Below, piece by piece: positions 52,656-57,383 of a DNA stretch of 57,383 nucleotides. Within the stretch, counting starts at the first letter, position 1, and the number at the start of each line of letters is the position of its first letter. Both the position numbers and the translations under genes were made by a program. The stretch is taken from positions 1 through 57,383 of IMG/VR virus record IMGVR_UViG_3300032299_000921. One strand, 5' to 3'. The notes beneath the pieces are model-generated. The model made no database searches. It saw nothing but the letters and a program-made list of their open reading frames with translations, and had not been told where the DNA came from. Origin of the DNA: a virus (taxonomy: Duplodnaviria > Caudoviricetes).

Positions 52656-53048
52656 TTATTCTGCAAGTAAATAATGCGAAGGAATCAAAGTTTTTATGTG
52701 AAACTCAATAAACTCAGCACCTTTCTCGACTAAATTTTTTTCTACAATGAGTCTGTAAATGTACTTATCGTTGAACTTGTATTTCTTTTGAAGTACGTCA
52801 ACGAATGGTTTTACCACATTGTCTATGTCTGATTGCATATTGCTGAGACCCACAATTAAAGTGAGTTCTATTGGTTTCTTATCCCAATTGATTTCTGTTG
52901 GAGGAAGAGTGTACAATAATTCTAATTCGTAAGCTTGATATTTTTTACTTTTGAATCTTTTACCTTGCCAAGCTTCATTTACAGATAAAGGTTTAATATT
53001 AACCTTATTGGAAAAGAGAACGATATTCTTTCCAGATTTGTTCGCCAT
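52656..53048 (-). CDS. RusA-like Holliday junction resolvase
   Basis: KPLSVNEAW and DIDNVVKPFVDVL...FND catalytic pattern. Confidence 0.8.
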   Translation of the reverse strand: MANKSGKNIVLFSNKVNIKPLSVNEAWQGKRFKSKKYQAYELELLYTLPPTEINWDKKPIELTLIVGLSNMQSDIDNVVKPFVDVLQKKYKFNDKYIYRLIVEKNLVEKGAEFIEFHIKTLIPSHYLLAE

Positions 53049-53406
53049 AGAGTTCTATATCATCAAATAATAACAAATTGACTGGTACTCCATAGTACTC
53101 AGACACAAGAATCGCATCTTTTATAGAAAAGTATTCTGAATTGCTTTTTATAAAAGCATCGTAAGAATTAGATGGAGTTACACCCATAAATTCTTTTATG
53201 TTTCCGGAACTTGGAAAAGACTTGAACTTTATAGAAAGGAAAACAATATTTTTCATAAATCTTTGTGAGATAGTCTGAAATGTTTTTTCAGACTTCTCTT
53301 GAAAATATTCTCCTCGAACTTTTCTTATTTGTTCAAGTTCTACAACCTTGTGTAAACCTTTTTTCTTAATCTCGATTATTTTTTTATCGAGTTGATCTAA
53401 AGTCAT
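53005..53406 (-). CDS. Putative HTH-like regulator
   Basis: C-terminal AILVSEYYGVPVNLLLF resembles an XRE-family last helix. Confidence 0.5.
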   Translation of the reverse strand: MTLDQLDKKIIEIKKKGLHKVVELEQIRKVRGEYFQEKSEKTFQTISQRFMKNIVFLSIKFKSFPSSGNIKEFMGVTPSNSYDAFIKSNSEYFSIKDAILVSEYYGVPVNLLLFDDIELYGEQIWKEYRSLFQ

Positions 53407-53648
53407 TCGGTTTTAATTTTCAATTCAAATTCTTCTAGGTATCTTTTGTTTTCCTCAATACATTTAACAACCTCTTTCATAACAATAATTAGTTTTTGTT
53501 GATCTACTAAACTTTTGCCATTTAAGATATTGTAAACATCGTGTTTTTCAACTCCTAGTTTTTCTGTACGCTCAACAATACGAGCCATATCCCCTCTCTT
53601 GAGTTGGCTTTTCATCTCAAGAACTTTTGCTTTTAATTGATTATTCAT
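53403..53648 (-). CDS. Putative HTH regulator
   Basis: LKRGDMARIVERT...VYNILNGK; first gene of the divergent minus block. Confidence 0.55.
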   Translation of the reverse strand: MNNQLKAKVLEMKSQLKRGDMARIVERTEKLGVEKHDVYNILNGKSLVDQQKLIIVMKEVVKCIEENKRYLEEFELKIKTE

Positions 53649-53697
53649 AATTCGATACAATTTTACAAAAAATTCTTGAAATTACAAAATATTCTAT

Positions 53698-53705
53698 TAT
53701 CTTCG
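53698..53705 (+). promoter_or_regulatory. Variant -7 promoter box TATCTTCG for the ssb operon
   Basis: In the divergent intergenic gap, with TTG about 20 nt upstream; an opposite-strand TAAAATTG serves the HTH gene. Confidence 0.45.
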
Positions 53706-53725
53706 CAGTACTCAATAGAAAAATT

Positions 53726-54343
53726 ATGGGATTAAACAAAGGATTAGGTACTCGTGAGTATCTTACAATTAGAGAAGGCAAAATTGCCAAGTATTTAGGT
53801 GACAAGAAGTATGAACTTTACGACTCAGTAGAAGGTTACATCGTAGGAATGAGTACTCGTGACACTCAGTATGGACCAGTGTTATGTATTGATTTGAAAG
53901 ACGATGTAGTTTACCAACTACAAATTAGAATCAAAGGAGAAGATCAGCCTGGTCAGTTGGCCAAGCAAACATCTTACTTCATTGCATTTGCACATTGTTC
54001 TCCAAACATCGATCCATCAAAGAAAGTGGAATTCGTTCCGTCTTTGAAAGAAATTGATGGTAAGAAGCGTTCTGCTTTATTTATCAATCAAGGTGGTGAA
54101 ACTTTGAAGTGGGCTTTCAAAAAAGGTGAAGGTATGCCTGAGCCCGAAGAAGTATTTAACAAAAAGGGTGAACTAGTTTCAATTGATTGGAGCGAAGTTG
54201 AAGCATTCCGTATGGATAAAGTAAACGAGTTCCACGCTAGAATTAAAGAAGTTGCTCACGTTAACAATTTGATTGCTGAACCAGACGTGCTTGAAGAAAA
54301 ACAAGCAGAGGTTGAACAAGAAGATGATGATTTACCATTCTAA
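53726..54343 (+). CDS. ssb: Single-stranded DNA-binding protein
   Basis: Acidic tail ending EDDDLPF; beta-rich core; near an exonuclease gene. Confidence 0.7.
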   Translation: MGLNKGLGTREYLTIREGKIAKYLGDKKYELYDSVEGYIVGMSTRDTQYGPVLCIDLKDDVVYQLQIRIKGEDQPGQLAKQTSYFIAFAHCSPNIDPSKKVEFVPSLKEIDGKKRSALFINQGGETLKWAFKKGEGMPEPEEVFNKKGELVSIDWSEVEAFRMDKVNEFHARIKEVAHVNNLIAEPDVLEEKQAEVEQEDDDLPF

Positions 54344-54609
54344 TGCCAAGAGGAGTAAGTAATTCAAACTTGGCTGCAAAAATCGGTAAGAAAGTTGAAC
54401 CTGTCCATATGAAACACTATGGGCAGGAACAACTGTCTATTATCAGGCAGTCAAGCCTCAAAGCTGCGGTGCAGTTTGTAGAGTCAATTATACCACGTTT
54501 AGATGGTAATTTCACAGTAGAAGAGTTTAAGAATTTCACATTAGAAACCGCTGAAACTTTTGAAAAGTGGGTAACAAGAGATGAAACTAGAGATAATTCA
54601 AATCAGTAA
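54343..54609 (+). CDS. Hypothetical protein
   Basis: SIIRQSSLKAAV...AETFEKWV pattern found in phage recombination modules. Confidence 0.6.
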   Translation: MPRGVSNSNLAAKIGKKVEPVHMKHYGQEQLSIIRQSSLKAAVQFVESIIPRLDGNFTVEEFKNFTLETAETFEKWVTRDETRDNSNQ

Positions 54610-55561
54610 GGAAAAGCAATACCAAGAGTGGTTAAACTTTAGAGATAACGGTTTGGGTGCTTCTGAGATTGGAACACTTATGGGTGTGAACTCTTGGAAA
54701 TCTCCGGCTGAGTTATACTACCAAAAGATTGGTATCATTCCACAGAAGCAAGTTGAGAATATGCCTATGTTTATGGGTACTATTCTTGAGCAGACGGTGG
54801 CCGATATCTTTGAGTATTGGGAGACCGATGAGCCCACAATGATTAAAAACTTTCGTGAGGATAAAAAAGTTCGTCATTTGTATGAGCCTAGTGGTTACAT
54901 TGTCAACCCAAGTTTCCCTCAGTTATTCTTTTCTCCAGACCGATTGGTTATCAGCAAAGACATTCGTGTTCGTAATAGCACAATCAATCTAGAGAACGTA
55001 GATGCAATTGCTGAGATTAAAACTATCAGCGGTTGGAGTAGTAAGCAATGGGATGGCGGTATTCCTCCGTCTTATTACTTGCAGCTTCAAACTTATATGA
55101 TGGGCCTCGGAGTTGAAAAGGGTTACCTGGTTGTCCTAGAGGACGGAAGAAACTTCAAGGTTCACGAGTTCGATGCGGATGAGGAGATTATGAGTTCTAT
55201 TATCAACATCACCGAGGACTTTTGGGAAAGAGTTAAGTTAGGTCGTGAGGCCGTTGCCAATGGTACAGACTACGATCAGTTTGCTCCACCGCCAGATGGG
55301 ACAGAAGCATATTCTGAATATTTGTCTGAGCGTTTTGCCAATCCCGAAGATAAGACTATCGCAAGTAGTCCAGAGATTGATCATCACATCACTCGTTATT
55401 TAGAACTCAACTCTGAAATCGCAGCAATGGAAGATGGTAAGAGAGAGCACGCCAATATGATTAAAACTCATATGGGTAATTACTCGATGATAAATAGTGA
55501 AGTGGCTAAGGTAACTTGGAGACCCAATAAGAATGGTTCGAGAGTTTTCAGAATAAATTAA
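54581..55561 (+). CDS. YqaJ / lambda-exonuclease family protein
   Basis: EWLNFRDNGLGASEI, FSPDR, EIKT, YYLQLQTYM. Confidence 0.9.
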   Translation: MKLEIIQISKEKQYQEWLNFRDNGLGASEIGTLMGVNSWKSPAELYYQKIGIIPQKQVENMPMFMGTILEQTVADIFEYWETDEPTMIKNFREDKKVRHLYEPSGYIVNPSFPQLFFSPDRLVISKDIRVRNSTINLENVDAIAEIKTISGWSSKQWDGGIPPSYYLQLQTYMMGLGVEKGYLVVLEDGRNFKVHEFDADEEIMSSIINITEDFWERVKLGREAVANGTDYDQFAPPPDGTEAYSEYLSERFANPEDKTIASSPEIDHHITRYLELNSEIAAMEDGKREHANMIKTHMGNYSMINSEVAKVTWRPNKNGSRVFRIN

Positions 55562-55851
55562 TGAAAGGAGATATCCAATGGTACAAAGATATGTGGTCAA
55601 CACGGCAGAATCACCAATGCGAGGAGTGTGGGTTGCGACTACTACACTTCAGTCCGATGTTTGTATCGCATATCATTACCAAAGGAGCGTATCCGAGTTT
55701 GAGGAGACATCCCGAAAATTGGATGCTATATTGTATGCAATGTCATCAGAAATGGGAATTTGGGAAGAGGAAGGAGATGAAGACATATTCGAGAGCAATG
55801 GAGATTGCTGAAAAATTAAAAAGAGAGTATCATGAGTCAAAAAATAGATAA
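55561..55851 (+). CDS. NinG-like HNH protein
   Basis: CEECG...SHII...LRRHPENW..YCMQCH. Confidence 0.75.
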   Translation: MKGDIQWYKDMWSTRQNHQCEECGLRLLHFSPMFVSHIITKGAYPSLRRHPENWMLYCMQCHQKWEFGKRKEMKTYSRAMEIAEKLKREYHESKNR

Positions 55852-56152
55852 AAAACAATATCTCCGGTATATGAAGACTTTCGTATGGGCTAGTAAAAAG
55901 ACTATGGACGAATTGCTTCAGATAAGCAGAAAGGGAGTAATGCAAAACTATCCTGTGGATGCAACTACTGTAGAGGATGCTATTAATTTTGTTGAGACTG
56001 GGGACGGCCTCAGAACAACCAATATCTCTATGACTGACGTATGCGCCATAATGGAGGTAATGAATCACAAAGAAAATGAAGGAGTGCAAAACGTGCAAGA
56101 AGATAACGGACAAGTACTACAAGCACAAGTGGAACAAGGACGGCCTCAGTAA
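55832..56152 (+). CDS. Hypothetical protein
   Basis: 106-aa ORF in the operon. Confidence 0.55.
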   Translation: MSQKIDKKQYLRYMKTFVWASKKTMDELLQISRKGVMQNYPVDATTVEDAINFVETGDGLRTTNISMTDVCAIMEVMNHKENEGVQNVQEDNGQVLQAQVEQGRPQ

Positions 56153-56288
56153 AAAGTGTATAGAGTGTACTCTAAAGGAACAGAAGAAATATTACTTGGA
56201 ATTCAAGTGCACTCCAGAAGCTAGAGCAAGACAAAAAAAACAAAATGACAAATACAGACAACTTAAACAAACTACGCAAAAGGCTTAA
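56076..56288 (+). CDS. Small CxxC-CxxC zinc-finger protein (similar to 4079-4300)
   Basis: KECKTC...DGLSKKCIEC and a basic tail. Confidence 0.6.
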   Translation: MKECKTCKKITDKYYKHKWNKDGLSKKCIECTLKEQKKYYLEFKCTPEARARQKKQNDKYRQLKQTTQKA

Positions 56289-56475
56289 GAAGATAGGGAT
56301 TGAAATTGAACTAACAGCCAATTTACCTTGGATATACTTGTATAGTGTAAATGGCAAATGGGTTGAAAAGGAGGATTGGACAGCTAATCACGGATTTACT
56401 ATAGCTTATTACAATTGGAGTGTAGAGTTGACTGATCTGTCAGAAATCTTTAGAATTATCAGAAAATACAAATAA
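56245..56475 (+). CDS. Conserved phage hypothetical protein
   Basis: RLKKIGIEIELTANLPWIYL..VNG...ANHGFTIA. Confidence 0.65.
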   Translation: MTNTDNLNKLRKRLKKIGIEIELTANLPWIYLYSVNGKWVEKEDWTANHGFTIAYYNWSVELTDLSEIFRIIRKYK

Positions 56476-56488
56476 TATATACACTAAT

Positions 56489-56779
56489 ATGTCAGAATTT
56501 AAACTACTTGGGCCTCGGATTCTTTTGTCCCTACCCCAAATTAACAAGCCAACTCTCCAATTAACAGATGAGTTAGAAAGACAATGGATGGAAAAGGAAA
56601 TGCAGAAGTTTAATAAACTAGAAGTATTCGCCATTGGTACAGAAGTAACCGGAGTTGAAGTAGGGGACAGCGTAACTGTCAACCCATTATTCATCCGCAA
56701 TGCAGAGAGAGTAAGCATAGAAGGCGAAGAGAAAGTTGTAATTCGCTATCCCGATATCACCATCGTTTGGAAAAAATAA
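56489..56779 (+). CDS. groES: GroES-like co-chaperonin
   Basis: FKLLGPRILL...EVFAIG....VEVGDSV...IEGEE..VIR..DI; 96 aa. Confidence 0.75.
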   Translation: MSEFKLLGPRILLSLPQINKPTLQLTDELERQWMEKEMQKFNKLEVFAIGTEVTGVEVGDSVTVNPLFIRNAERVSIEGEEKVVIRYPDITIVWKK

Positions 56780-56812
56780 TTTTATTTTATTTCTAATTGT
56801 AAATTGTTTTAC

Positions 56813-56820
56813 TATATTTG
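56813..56820 (+). promoter_or_regulatory. Bacteroidota -7 promoter box TATATTTG
   Basis: Consensus match in an AT-rich gap 24 nt upstream of ATG 56845. Confidence 0.6.
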
Positions 56821-56844
56821 TCAGACATTTTAACCAATTAAACA

Positions 56845-57126
56845 ATGAATCACGAAGAAGCAATTCAAGAAGGTCCAAGATTGACCCCAATGCCTGAAAG
56901 GGAAGAACAAATGACTGAGGTAGCAAAAGAGTACAGACCATCCAAACAAGAAGCACTCCGAGAGTATGAAATCAATATTAGATTTTTAAGCAGAGGATGT
57001 ATTGTTAGAGTGGGCTGTAAAGAAATTGCTTTTGAGGATTTTTCAAGAGCAATGGCTGAAATTAATGAGTATGTAGCAAGAGATACATACGAGGTACAAA
57101 AGAAATGGCGTAAATTGCTAGATTAA
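56845..57126 (+). CDS. Conserved phage hypothetical protein
   Basis: YEINIRFLSRGCIVRVGCKEIAFE pattern. Confidence 0.65.
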   Translation: MNHEEAIQEGPRLTPMPEREEQMTEVAKEYRPSKQEALREYEINIRFLSRGCIVRVGCKEIAFEDFSRAMAEINEYVARDTYEVQKKWRKLLD

Positions 57127-57133
57127 GATATTA

Positions 57134-57252
57134 GCCTCTAGGCCAGGGGATCGAAAAACAGGAGGGCATACCATAAGAACTGCTCACTCGTCCTCCGAAT
57201 CGTTGGTCGGCATAGTTAACGGGTTCTATGGTTGCTTAATGCAAAAAACCCG
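57134..57252 (+). ncRNA. Candidate structured RNA with loop-loop pseudoknot
   Basis: GC-rich; nested stems GGCCA/TGGTC, GGAGG/CCTCC, GGGCA/TGCTC, CGGGTT/AACCCG, TTGC/GCAA; loop ACCATA complementary to TATGGT. Confidence 0.45.
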
Positions 57253-57257
57253 AACAT

Positions 57258-57383
57258 AGTCAGGTGGCGGAATGGTAGACGCACGATTTGTTGTTTAACG
57301 ATGTGGCTCAATGTCCAAATGGATGAGAGAAAATAAACAGAAAAATATACCACACTACAGGTTCGAATCCTGTCCTGACTACA
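57258..57383 (+). ncRNA. tRNA-like element lacking a canonical anticodon arm
   Basis: Acceptor AGTCAGG/CCTGACT, D-arm TGGCGGAATGGTAGACGC, T-arm ACAGG-TTCGAAT-CCTGT; 74-nt non-tRNA interior. Confidence 0.75.

Noticed and set aside
57141-57220. HDV-like/theta ribozyme next to a tRNA
   Set aside because: A P1-like pairing and TCCTC are present, but the P3/L3 geometry and J4/2-P2 do not fit, and theta ribozymes lie 3' of tRNAs. Kept only as an unclassified structured RNA.
57258-57383. Functional tRNA-Leu or tRNA with a group I intron
   Set aside because: No anticodon stem-loop in register, and the 74-nt interior is too short for a self-splicing intron.
1-57383. Stop-codon reassignment as in some crAss-like phages
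   Set aside because: Standard-code ORFs already tile both blocks densely, TAG and TGA are used as stops at tight gene junctions, and no suppressor tRNA is seen.
1-57383. CRISPR array, DGR/retron reverse transcriptase, introns or inteins in terL/polB/nrdJ
   Set aside because: No regularly spaced repeats, no RT motifs, and these genes are uninterrupted and of ordinary length.

Overview
This 57.4-kb window is AT-rich tailed-phage DNA, probably most of one genome. The head/tail gene order is crAss-like (podovirus): portal, scaffold, major capsid, auxiliary capsid, ring proteins, ~1500-aa muzzle, cargo proteins, hub, fibres. The host is probably a Bacteroidota member, because TAnnTTTG promoter boxes precede many genes. 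The plus-strand blocks (1-8.4 kb and 53.7-57.4 kb) encode a C5 methyltransferase, serine recombinase, GH73-like hydrolase, primase-helicase, PolB, SSB, YqaJ exonuclease, NinG-like HNH protein and GroES. One continuous ~45-kb minus-strand block holds regulators, RusA, the structural genes, a 3893-aa cargo protein, lysis genes, eight tiny very basic proteins, MazG, class II RNR and the terminase. The standard genetic code fits, and I found no CRISPR array, reverse transcriptase/DGR or IS element. The most unusual signals are: (1) a tRNA-like element at the right end with intact acceptor, D and T arms but 74 nt of unrelated sequence in place of the anticodon/variable arms, preceded by a pseudoknot-capable structured RNA; (2) a ~255-nt structured RNA candidate with its own promoter and terminator just upstream of the portal gene; (3) a giant cargo protein with no recognisable crAss RNAP motif, carrying one active and one dead zincin and punctuated by recurring (M/I/V)RKS motifs; (4) late promoters only 3-8 nt from start codons, implying leaderless mRNAs; (5) a catalytically dead amidase homologue next to the terminase genes. 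All calls are by eye from motifs and synteny; no database searches were run.
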